Source of the DNA: an uncultured Lentisphaerales bacterium
GTDB lineage: Bacteria > Verrucomicrobiota > Lentisphaeria > JABSQK01 > JAJFLO01
Reading direction: 5' to 3'
Length of the DNA stretch: 64,000 nucleotides
NCBI GenBank assembly: GCA_964615975.1
Contig: CAZTTH010000017.1
Span: forward strand, 2,139 to 66,138
Shown here: in pieces, positions 1 through 9,400 of the stretch
How the letters are laid out: every line of letters starts with the position of its first letter
Position numbering within the stretch: the first letter of the stretch is position 1
Made by a program: the position numbers and the translations under genes
Notes under the pieces: generated by a model
Databases searched by the model: none
Told to the model about the DNA's origin: nothing
Seen by the model: only the letters and a program-made list of their open reading frames with translations

Positions 1-1137
1 ATTCTCGACGGCAGGGAAAAAATGCCTGCCGCGATGACCGCCAATTCCCAGGGTGCAGTTCAGGGAAAAACCACACCGGTAACGTCGTCGGTTCCCCTAA
101 CCGCGGTGATCATGCTGGATGGTGATGACATCCGCAAATGGCTTGATGGTGAGATGGGGGCTGATTTCCTTGACCAGCTTGAGCCAAAGTTGAAAGCATA
201 CTTTGAAAAACTAGAACTAGGGGAAATGAAGCAGCCGTTTCTACCCTCGCATCATCTCGAATTCAGTGAAGCGCTCGCCAACTTTGCCCTTCATGTCGTG
301 CCGCCAATCATGCGGCAATACCAGGGTCAGGTTATCTCTGCCGGCGGTGACACCGTGCTGGCAATGACATCCGCCAGCGCTGCCATACCATGTGCCTCGA
401 CTTTGCGAGCCGGGTTTCGCGGGGATACAAAAGATTTGTTCGATCCCTGCCTGACTGCCACCCAATTGCATACCTTGTTTCAAGATCATCCCGGCTTCAT
501 GCATGTCAATTATTTGCCGCACCCGGTGCTGGTTCCTGGTCCACGCGTGGAGATCAGCGCCGGAATTGCCATCGGCGCCACCGGACAACCTTACTCCATC
601 TTGATATCCGCTGCCCGGCAGGCGCTGCAACGAGCAAAAACCGAGTATGGACGTGGCGCGCTTGCGGTAACCGTGCTAAAAATAAATGGGAAATCATTGA
701 CATGGGGCGCCAATTGGAACACTTCAGCACTGCCCCTGTATTTTATCCTGCGGTCATTGTATTCACCCACAGCGAATCATATGGAAAAAGTTCAAAACAA
801 CCGACAGGGAAAAAAGCTTACCTTGTCCTCAGTTCATCAGTTTGTCCAATCCCTGGCGGAACGACTGGCTCCCTATCGATTCCAAGATAAGCATCCGCCG
901 GCATCCGGATTTGATGCCGCGGAGATTGTGCGGGAGGAATTCAGGCAGGCAATGCGCCAATGTGATCAGCGAGGCGTATGGTGGAACTCCCAGGAAGCGA
1001 TTGAGTTACAGACCATGGCTTGCGCTTATCTCGACCAATTGAAGCACCAATGTGAGCGCAACGGACATCTCGGAGCGTTTGCTGATTTCATCAACCTGTT
1101 TTTCCTGGCAGACTATCTTAATACATCTGAGAAATGA
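1..1137 (+). CDS. cmr2: Cas10/Cmr2 large subunit, C-terminal part; the 5' end lies upstream of the window, because the reading frame is open from base 1
   Basis: A GGDEF/palm-like region carries 'VIMLDGDDIRKWLDG', the metal-binding Asp segment. Downstream is 'ISAGGDTVLAM', which sits where the Cas10 'GGDD' cyclase motif would be and is followed by a helical C-terminal domain. It heads an operon with cmr3-6 and cmr1. Confidence 0.55.
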   Translation: MLDGREKMPAAMTANSQGAVQGKTTPVTSSVPLTAVIMLDGDDIRKWLDGEMGADFLDQLEPKLKAYFEKLELGEMKQPFLPSHHLEFSEALANFALHVVPPIMRQYQGQVISAGGDTVLAMTSASAAIPCASTLRAGFRGDTKDLFDPCLTATQLHTLFQDHPGFMHVNYLPHPVLVPGPRVEISAGIAIGATGQPYSILISAARQALQRAKTEYGRGALAVTVLKINGKSLTWGANWNTSALPLYFILRSLYSPTANHMEKVQNNRQGKKLTLSSVHQFVQSLAERLAPYRFQDKHPPASGFDAAEIVREEFRQAMRQCDQRGVWWNSQEAIELQTMACAYLDQLKHQCERNGHLGAFADFINLFFLADYLNTSEK

Positions 1138-1138
1138 C

Positions 1139-2590
1139 ATGATCAACCTGCATCAGTTACAAATTGATCCCAACGATGGCCTGTATTTTGGTGATCACGG
1201 CGGTATCCCCCGACCTGGAATAAACGATGGTGATCCATGGCCATTGCCGACAGGGCTGCACAACGCGCTGCTGGCAGCCATGCACGAACGCTGGCCAGAA
1301 CGTCAACAGTGGGAATTTCATCATCCATTTCGCGCCCTGCCGGGAAGCCAGGATAAAAACACCCGAAGTTCATTGCGTTTCGGCGGCCTGAAAACCATCG
1401 GGCTTTTCCCGCAAAAAGACAGTCAATGGTATTTTCCCATGCCCGCGGATGTCATGCCATATGAAGGAAATATTGACCTCGCCAAACCGGGAAATTTGTC
1501 CACTGGCAGCGGGAACAATCTGCCTAAACCATTGTGTTTTAATCTCATTGATCCCTTTCCTCCGACACGGCACAACCCTGAATATTGGCTCAGCCGGACA
1601 GCCTATCAATATTACTTGCAAGGACACTTGAATTTTATCACAACACCGGCCAATGAACTCTATTTTGCCGAGCATCATTCTGGTTACACTTATTCCTCAC
1701 AAACCTCAAGATTGATAGACCAGCCCTTCCATCGCCACCGTTGTATACGACTGCAACCCGGAGTCAGCATGGCTGGAGTGGCTGAGTGCATTGCCATCAA
1801 ACACAATCCCGGAATTGAAAGCGGAGTGGGCGGAAGATCCGAGGAAAAGGAACACGAAGAAACGGCAGGACGGAATTCTGCTAGCACCAGCAACGCGAAT
1901 CGCGCAAGAACTCAAACCAGGAAAACAGCGACTGATGTGCTTCAGTGTTTTCTGGCAGAGGGGAAGGCAGCGATTGCCATGGGCGGGCGGCGAACCATGG
2001 CGTATGTTCGACACGCTGTAGTTTCTCAATATGAAATGGTTAACAGCATTTTCCCCAAATACCCCAATAGAAACATTTATCCACTGAACATCAAATGGGT
2101 GTTGTTAACTCCGGCGATATTTCGCATTCATCCCATTCATCGGCAAAAGTCGTTAGTGAATCAGTCGTTGCCGCCTGAACCGGGCTGGCTCCCGGATTGG
2201 GTCGACCATGAGAGCGGTGCAGTCAAACTGCCTTCATCGTATCCTCCCCGACGGGTTGGGGAAAAGCGGCAAGACTGGCATCGGCGCTTTCAGGCAATCC
2301 CACCGATCAATGCGCGATTGGTAGCCGCGCGAATAAACCCGCCGCTGACACTGTCTGGTTTGAAACTTGATGCCGGACATGTATCACCCGGCAGACCAAA
2401 GCCAACCTATCGCGCAGTTCCCGCCGGCAGTGTGTATTATTTTCAAGCGGCGACCACCAGCGCCGCCGGATTATTGTTTGACGCATTGAATTGCTGTCCA
2501 CGCAGTGCCATTATGGGAGAAAAAGGATGGGGTGTTGGTGTCTGTGGAATCTGGAATGAAAATCAACCTGAATCATCACTGTTAAGTTGA
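1139..2590 (+). CDS. cmr3: Cmr3 (Cas5-family subunit of the type III-B complex). The likely start is the ATG at 1139, which overlaps the cmr2 stop as ATGA
   Basis: The N-terminus 'IDPNDGLYFGDHGGIPRPG' resembles the Cmr3 N-terminal 'lfFRDgrPf' motif. The C-terminal Gly-rich segment 'GEKGWGVGVCGIW' is also Cmr3-like. The gene sits between cas10 and cmr4. At 484 aa it is long for Cmr3. Confidence 0.55.
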   Translation: MINLHQLQIDPNDGLYFGDHGGIPRPGINDGDPWPLPTGLHNALLAAMHERWPERQQWEFHHPFRALPGSQDKNTRSSLRFGGLKTIGLFPQKDSQWYFPMPADVMPYEGNIDLAKPGNLSTGSGNNLPKPLCFNLIDPFPPTRHNPEYWLSRTAYQYYLQGHLNFITTPANELYFAEHHSGYTYSSQTSRLIDQPFHRHRCIRLQPGVSMAGVAECIAIKHNPGIESGVGGRSEEKEHEETAGRNSASTSNANRARTQTRKTATDVLQCFLAEGKAAIAMGGRRTMAYVRHAVVSQYEMVNSIFPKYPNRNIYPLNIKWVLLTPAIFRIHPIHRQKSLVNQSLPPEPGWLPDWVDHESGAVKLPSSYPPRRVGEKRQDWHRRFQAIPPINARLVAARINPPLTLSGLKLDAGHVSPGRPKPTYRAVPAGSVYYFQAATTSAAGLLFDALNCCPRSAIMGEKGWGVGVCGIWNENQPESSLLS

Positions 2591-2597
2591 GGAGTTT

Positions 2598-3464
2598 ATG
2601 GAACAACAAACAATGTTTTTATTTACCCGCACCCCGCTCCATGTGGGCGCCGGGGAATCGGTCGGTTATCTCGATCGTCCAATTCGACGCGAGCCTCATA
2701 CACGCATCCCAATCATCCCAGGCAGCACATTAAAAGGGGTCTTGCGAAATCGCGAAGAATGGACAGAGGCGGATAGAGACTGGTTATTCGGCAGTTTATC
2801 AGGGCAGAGCGGCGCGCTTTCAATCGGTGAGGCGCGGGTGCTGGCATTTCCGGTTCGCTCGGCCAAGGGCAGTTTTGCCTGGATCACCTGCCCCATGGTA
2901 TTGAAACGATTTATTCGTGACACTGACACGGCGGTAACCCTGAATGAGTTGAGCATTGATGAGAGCCTACTTGAAGCCCTGGGCGGCGACAAAGTGACAT
3001 TAAAGAACGATAAAATCGTACTCGAAGAATATGCCTTTGCCCGCCGGCAGGACAGTCGTGATTATCTCGCTGTCATTGAACCCTTGCTGGTTGATATCCT
3101 GCCCGATGACCCCGTTTGGCAGGAATTGCCGGGACGTCTGGTAATCGTCGCCAACGGTCAGTACTCTTATTTTGTCCAACATGCCTGTGAAATTTCACAG
3201 CATATCGAAGTCGACGATGCCACCGGAGTGGCACGGGACAACTCCTCGCGCAATCAGGAAAATGTACCCTCGGAAACCATGTTTCATGGCATGATCGGCG
3301 CTCATGATGGTAATGGCAAGGCTGCCAGTGCCGCTTTGCGAACCTTGGCTCCACTGCATCTCAATGTGTTGCAAATCGGCGCCAACGAATCAACGGGACT
3401 GGGGTGGTGCACCTGGATTTATCCATTGGCTGAAGGAGGGGAATATGGCATATCAAAACCTTGA
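2598..3464 (+). CDS. cmr4: Cmr4 (Cas7 RAMP backbone subunit)
   Basis: 'FTRTPLHVGAGESVGYLDRPI...IPGSTLKGVLRN' matches the canonical Cmr4/Csm3 N-terminal RAMP motif. A Gly-rich loop 'GANESTGLGWC' lies near the C-terminus. Confidence 0.75.
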   Translation: MEQQTMFLFTRTPLHVGAGESVGYLDRPIRREPHTRIPIIPGSTLKGVLRNREEWTEADRDWLFGSLSGQSGALSIGEARVLAFPVRSAKGSFAWITCPMVLKRFIRDTDTAVTLNELSIDESLLEALGGDKVTLKNDKIVLEEYAFARRQDSRDYLAVIEPLLVDILPDDPVWQELPGRLVIVANGQYSYFVQHACEISQHIEVDDATGVARDNSSRNQENVPSETMFHGMIGAHDGNGKAASAALRTLAPLHLNVLQIGANESTGLGWCTWIYPLAEGGEYGISKP

Positions 3465-3813
3465 ACAAATTCGTGCCGGAAACGCGCTGCGGTCGATTCA
3501 TCGCCAGGCCCGGCCAGTGACCAAAATCGAAGTCAATAAATTGCCGGCGTTGATTGTGAATCATGGATTGTTGGCAACCTCCGCATTAGCCCTGGACAAA
3601 CGCGGCGGGATTTTAGATGCGATGAATGCGGTGGCCAGGCATTTGGCGGATGAGCGTGTCGGTCGACTGCAGCCGGAGAATCAAATCTGCGAAAAGATGA
3701 TTAACGAATTGACCAGTCATCATTCGGACTCCGCCGCGCTCCAACTGGCAACTGCCGAAACCCTGGAGTTTCTCGCGTACTTGAAACGGTTTGCCATTGA
3801 TTCCAGGAACTGA
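3445..3813 (+). CDS. cmr5: Cmr5-like small subunit (Cas11). The likely start is the ATG at 3445, preceded by 'GAAGGAGGGG', rather than the listed ATG at 3304
   Basis: This is a ~123 aa predicted helical protein between cmr4 and cmr6, which is the Cmr5 position. There is a strong RBS at 3431-3440 and the start overlaps the cmr4 3' end. The call rests on position and size rather than motif. Confidence 0.4.
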   Translation: MAYQNLEQIRAGNALRSIHRQARPVTKIEVNKLPALIVNHGLLATSALALDKRGGILDAMNAVARHLADERVGRLQPENQICEKMINELTSHHSDSAALQLATAETLEFLAYLKRFAIDSRN

Positions 3814-3924
3814 TGGATAAGAGCATGGAAACGGTAGCCAAGCTCAGCGTTTCATTGTATGTCCCAACTTATGATCCCGGTATACAGGAAAAACCAGGCG
3901 TTATTTAAATTTAGGTAAAAGTTC

Positions 3925-5223
3925 ATGCCCAATATTCCTCAAGATACTCAAGACGCCCTGATTGCGAATAATCAAAATTCCATCCTTGATCAGTGCGATT
4001 CCCGATCCCTGTTGTTGGAACGATATGGAGATCCAGGCATCGATCACGCGCGTCGATCGACCTATCTGCGACACGCGATTGCCAAGTCATACTTACCCCA
4101 TAAATTGAATGCCTGGCGCCGTTTTCTCTTTGACGGACTGGCATTAAAACCGGACGAGTTGGTCGCCGCCCGTTTGCAGTCGCGCCTGATCCTCAATGCT
4201 GAAGCGGGGATCATCGAAAAGGCGGGGATCTGTATCGATCGTTTCTCCGGAATACCTTATATCCCTGGCAGCGCGATCAAAGGGAGTGCCCGGCGTTATG
4301 CCATGATCGGTCTCGAGGATGCAATTTCCGCGGATGAAAAGATCAAGGTGCTGATTGCCATCTCGCTGATCTTTGGTTGGGGCGAGAAAGAGTGGATTGG
4401 CGACATGAGTGAACGCCATCGGACATCATGTCAAGGACCATTGCTCAATGACCTGCAATCGGATATTGCCACCGCATGTGGGAAACACTGGGACCACGTC
4501 CGCTCACAGACCCAAAAACAATTGCTGGAAATCCTCTTGCGCAAGTCATCACAGCGGCAGCAAGTGAATGTGATATGGAACCAGCATCTGTCCTTTTATT
4601 CCGGCGGCATTCGTTTCTTACCGGCTTATCCCCTGCCGGAAAAGGATACAAGTCAATATGAATTTGAATTGGATGTCATCTCCTGTCATCATGAAAGATA
4701 CTACCAGGGTGAAACCGATTTTGAACAGGCGCCAGATACAGAAACTCCCTTAACTACTGTTTTTCCAGCCTTGAAATCCCAGCGAATCTTTATCTTTCCG
4801 GTGTTGGGTAAAGATCCACTCATGCGTCAACTCGCCAAAGAGTGGCTGATTGGCGGCTTGTCATTTCTGGGAATTGGCGGCAGGACCAGCGCCGGCTATG
4901 GCCGGTTTGAACATCTGCCGAACTCTGCTGAACTTGAGGCCTGGTATCAGGATTTTCTTCATAAGACCATACAACCGGACCCCAAGCTCATTAAGAGCTT
5001 CAATGAGCTTAATGACGAACAAATGCGGTATAAAATCAAGGAATTTGAATTCGAAATCCGCTTTTGGAATGCGGCCTACGATGATACCTATAAATTCACT
5101 CTGCTGCACTTTTGTACCGTCGTAAAACCAGAGATTTATGAGCAGGAGAAAACCAATCCCAAGTCGAAGATCGTCCGTGCGATCGAAAATCTGCTAAGTT
5201 ATTTTGCGAGATCGGATATGTAA
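3925..5223 (+). CDS. cmr6: Cmr6 (Cas7 RAMP) carrying a ~110 aa C-terminal extension
   Basis: 'GICIDRFSGIPYIPGSAIKGSARRYAM' matches the Cmr6 'IPGSSlKG' motif. The G-rich loop 'LGIGGRTSAGYGRFE' is present. About 110 further residues follow the G-rich loop. Confidence 0.7.
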   Translation: MPNIPQDTQDALIANNQNSILDQCDSRSLLLERYGDPGIDHARRSTYLRHAIAKSYLPHKLNAWRRFLFDGLALKPDELVAARLQSRLILNAEAGIIEKAGICIDRFSGIPYIPGSAIKGSARRYAMIGLEDAISADEKIKVLIAISLIFGWGEKEWIGDMSERHRTSCQGPLLNDLQSDIATACGKHWDHVRSQTQKQLLEILLRKSSQRQQVNVIWNQHLSFYSGGIRFLPAYPLPEKDTSQYEFELDVISCHHERYYQGETDFEQAPDTETPLTTVFPALKSQRIFIFPVLGKDPLMRQLAKEWLIGGLSFLGIGGRTSAGYGRFEHLPNSAELEAWYQDFLHKTIQPDPKLIKSFNELNDEQMRYKIKEFEFEIRFWNAAYDDTYKFTLLHFCTVVKPEIYEQEKTNPKSKIVRAIENLLSYFARSDM

Positions 5224-5422
5224 ATACTTTAACGATGGTTTGAATGGAAGAAATAACCGCGGATGATCAACGGGATATTTGCCTGATAATGAAAAAAATT
5301 ACATCATAAACATATCGCCATTGAAGCATCGGCTCTTGTTTTATATTCAGTCATTTCTGATTTTCCGTTTACTTCAATGATTGCGCGTTACCGTTCTGCC
5401 ATATTTCGCCCCACTTTAAGCA

Positions 5423-6421
5423 ATGAAATCTGAAATTATCAAATTAGAACTGATCACCCCATGCATGTGCGGCGGCGCGGATCCACAATCTCATGCTGAA
5501 ATCCGAGTGCCTTCCATCCGCGGTCAATTGCGGTGGTGGTTCCGCCTTCTGGGTGGCTTCAAATCATGGGGTGGCATGGCGCTAAAAAAACAGGAAGACC
5601 AGGTATTCGGAAGTGCTGCTGGTAAATCCGGATCTGCCAGTCGTTTGTCACTCCATGTCGCGAACATTCAAATCAACAACAGTAAAAACCTGAATGACCT
5701 GACAACCCACATCAATCTTGACAGCAGCTATCTGCTTTTTCCGTTGCGAGAGGTCAAGCGAGCCATCTTCATAAATAATCCTTTACCGGTGTTCGAACTC
5801 CATGTGGGCTGGCACGGCAAACCGGAACAATGGCATGACATACAAGCATTACTCACCGTTTTTGGCCATCTTGGTTCCTTGGGGTTTCGTTCGCGTCGGG
5901 CTCTGGGCGCCTTGTCATTGCCAACTCCGTTTCCATCACTATCTCTAGCTCGAGCTTTGAGTCGTTTCAAGCTTCCCAATAATCTGATTATAAAGGAATT
6001 GCCGGATGGTTCCTACAAAGAAATGAAGACAGTAATCGGGGCCCTGGCTAATTGGCTTAAAAACTGGCGCTCACATCTCCGCAATGATCATGCCCGACAG
6101 GATCATGACGCCGGATGCAATCGCCATGGCGGGCCAGTATATCGGCCAGCATTGGGATTGCCCATTGTCCAATCGAAATGGGGCAAGGAGTGGCATTATG
6201 ATTGGGATCGAAGTTGTAATCGTGGAAAAAATCGCTTTGCTTCACCGATCATTCTGCGCCCTTATCGCGATGGACGCGGACAATGGCGGGCATTGATTCT
6301 CTTTATCGAAGGCCGACGCTGGCCGCAGCATCGCCCAGTCTATATTAATGGTGTGTCAAGACCAGTAAAAATGGATTTGTATTCTGCCATGAAGAAAAAT
6401 TTGCCTGACTTCAAGCCGTGA
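5423..6421 (+). CDS. cmr1: Cmr1 (Cas7-family RAMP)
   Basis: 'LITPCMCGGADP...IRVPSIRGQLRWWFRLL' matches the Cmr1 'psiRGalRfWfRal' signature. The G-rich loop 'FGHLGSLGFRSRRALGAL' is present. Confidence 0.7.
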   Translation: MKSEIIKLELITPCMCGGADPQSHAEIRVPSIRGQLRWWFRLLGGFKSWGGMALKKQEDQVFGSAAGKSGSASRLSLHVANIQINNSKNLNDLTTHINLDSSYLLFPLREVKRAIFINNPLPVFELHVGWHGKPEQWHDIQALLTVFGHLGSLGFRSRRALGALSLPTPFPSLSLARALSRFKLPNNLIIKELPDGSYKEMKTVIGALANWLKNWRSHLRNDHARQDHDAGCNRHGGPVYRPALGLPIVQSKWGKEWHYDWDRSCNRGKNRFASPIILRPYRDGRGQWRALILFIEGRRWPQHRPVYINGVSRPVKMDLYSAMKKNLPDFKP

Positions 6422-6466
6422 TGGCAACGGGTCAGGTTGATTACAATTTGAAAGTTTCAAAACCTG

Positions 6467-9400
6467 ATGTCATCCCCACCATTGCCACACGCTATCCGCT
6501 GGCTAAATGCCGCCCAGTTCTTTACCGCGCTTAATATCAACATCTTCAAGTTCATCCTGATTTTTTATCTGATAGAAATACAGGGGGAAGCACAGGCAAA
6601 AACGATAACTGCCACCATTGGAATTGTTTTCGTTATGCCATTCATTCTCTTTTCCCATCTGGCAGGAATTCTTGCCGATCGCTACAGCAAGCAACGGGTT
6701 ATCATGCTGACTAAAATGTCAGAGGTGTTCATTATGATGTTGGGCATCGCAGCCTATGCCAATGGTTCTATTCCCGGACTGTACGCAGTGATGTTCTGCA
6801 TGTCCTTGCAGAACACCTTGTTTAGTCCCGCTAAATTCGGGATCATTCCTGAGCTTGTGCCTCCCGAACAATTGTCGGGTGCCAACGCAGTTCTCGGTTC
6901 ATTCACCTTTATTGCCATCATCGCCGGGACCACTCTGTCATCGACACTGCAGCATTATTTCAAAGAGACTCCAAACCTGTCGGTATCCATTTGTGTATTG
7001 ATTGCTGCCGGAGCGTATTTGAGTGGCCGAAATATCACAAAAACGCCAGCCAAAGATCCGCAACGGCGATTTTCCATATGGTTTCTTTGGGAAATTTTTA
7101 AGACCGTCCGGGAGGCAAGCCGGGACCGCCAGCTGATTACCGCCATCCTTGGCTGTTCATATTTCTGGTTGATCGGCGCTTATATTCAGGCCAATATCAT
7201 TCCTTATGGCATCGAAGTATTTTCTTTCTCATCAGAAAAAAGCGCCTATCTGTTCCTGATCACCGCATTCGGGATTGCCACCGGTTCATTGCTGGCGGGA
7301 AAGCTTTCCGGACGCAATATCGAATTCGGAATTGTACCGGTGGGAAGCATAGGCATGGCGGCAATGTGTTATCTGCTTTCACAATTGAATTCAAATCAGC
7401 TACTGTTCGCGATTGTGGCGCTATTCATCATGGGCGCCAGCGCCGGATTGTTTATTATCCCGCTTGCCGCGTTTATCCAATATCGCAGTCCCGATCAACG
7501 CCGGGGCGAATTTCAGGCAGCAACCAATTTTCTCAATTTCGGCGGCATTCTCCTGGCATCTCTGCTGATCTTGATTTTTACCCAATATTTCAAGCTCTCA
7601 GCCCAGGGCGGATTTGCGGCGATGGGACTGTTAACTCTGATCCTGACGGCAATTGCGATCTGTCTGCTGCCTGATTTTCTGGTGCGTTTTATCATGGTTT
7701 TCATGACCCGAGTATTCTACCGGATCACCGTCCGGGGCCTAGAGAATGTGCCGCTGCATGGTCCCGCCCTGCTGGTCAGCAATCACGTGTCCTGGGTTGA
7801 TGGCCTGGCGATTCTCTCGACCGGCCAGCGGCGTATCCGCTTTATCATGCAGAAGGAGATCTATCATAAACGATGGTTATACCCTTTAGCCAGACTGATG
7901 CGGATGATTCCGATTTCCGCACGTGACAGTCCCAAGGAAATTGTGGCGGCATTGGCGCAGGGCAGGGTGGCGCTTGAGGAAGGTTATCTGGTATGCATCT
8001 TCGCTGAAGGGATGATTACCCGCACCGGTAATCTCGCGGGATTTCAAAAAGGGTACCGCCAAATTGTCAAACATCTCGATGTCCCGATAATTCCAGTGTA
8101 TATCGGGGGCGCCTGGGGCAGTATATTTAGTTATTCCCGGGGTAAATTATTGGCCGTCTGGCCGCAACAAATCCCTTACCCCATTGCCATCCATTTCGGT
8201 TCGCCGTCAGCACCTCATACAACGCCGCACGAACTGCGACTGGCGGTGATGAACCTCGCCGTTGACTATTTTTCCGCTCTGCCTTATGTGAATCAGACAC
8301 TTGCTCAAGCCTATATCCCGGTCGCGCGCCACCACTGGAATCGACCTGTGTTAACATTGACTGCTGATCAAAAGCCTTCCGTGTTGACCCATGGCAGGTT
8401 GCTTTCCCGGGCACTGGCAGCCGCGGAAGATTTCCAAATGAGATTGCGACATCACCGGGTTGTTGGTATTCACTCTTCCAGTGTCAGTGATACCATGATC
8501 TATAATCTGGCCATCTCGATATTGGGTAAGACCAGTGTGAATCTGATTGGGAACAGTACAGTGGATCAATTAACGACTCAGATTCAACATTGTGGTGTTA
8601 CCGCGATCCTTTGTTCCACTTCCCGCCATCCTGCTCTGTTTAAGCTCAAGAATTTGAATCTGCTGGTTATAACTCCACCTGGAAACTCGAACTCATCCTC
8701 TACTGAAAAATACCTGATTACCGGCATCAAAGCACGCTATATTCCACCACCTTTTTGGGTTAAATCGGTTACGGCATCCGACCAACATTTTGCCGCGATC
8801 ATGATGTCTGACAACGAACCGTTCCAGACTGAAGTCATCCCCCTGACTGATCACAACATATTGGTCAATATCACCAGTATCAATCAATTGATCCAGGGAG
8901 ATGAACACGCGCACATCCTGTGTCATCGACATGGGTTACCTTCATTCAACCTGATACTTAATCTCTGGTACCCGCTCCTGACCGGCGCATGCCTTACGAT
9001 CCACGACTTAACCAACGACAACTGGCCGGAAGGACCGGGTACAGACCGGTCAACTATCACCATGATAATAACCAACCCTGCGTATCTGGCGCACACTGAA
9101 AACATTAGCAGAGAAACCTTTCCGGGATTAAAATTCATCGTTATTGTTACTCCTCATCCGCTCAATGAAGCACAACAGGCGGTGCTCGCGAAATCAACGA
9201 TTCCAGTTCTGACCGCATTTGGCATTTCCGAATCAGGGTCAATGATCGCGATGAATGTCCCTGATCAACAAATTGACAAGGTCGACCAAATCGGGGTCAA
9301 AGCGGATAGCATGGGACATCCGCTTCCCGGAGTGGCAGTCAGGATCGTGGCGCCGGATACCGGTGATCTGCTGCCGCCCTCTCAGCAGGGGCGGATTCAA

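Noticed and set aside
241-890. ORFs 241-630 (-) and 390-890 (+) inside the cas10 region
   Set aside because: They sit antisense or out of frame inside a coding region with clear Cas10-like motifs. Their translations are low-complexity and Arg/Gly-rich, which is typical of spurious frames.
6448-6460. Short palindrome TTGAAAgTTTCAA just after cmr1, considered as a terminator
   Set aside because: It has only a 6 bp A/T stem and no following U-tract, which is too weak to call a terminator.
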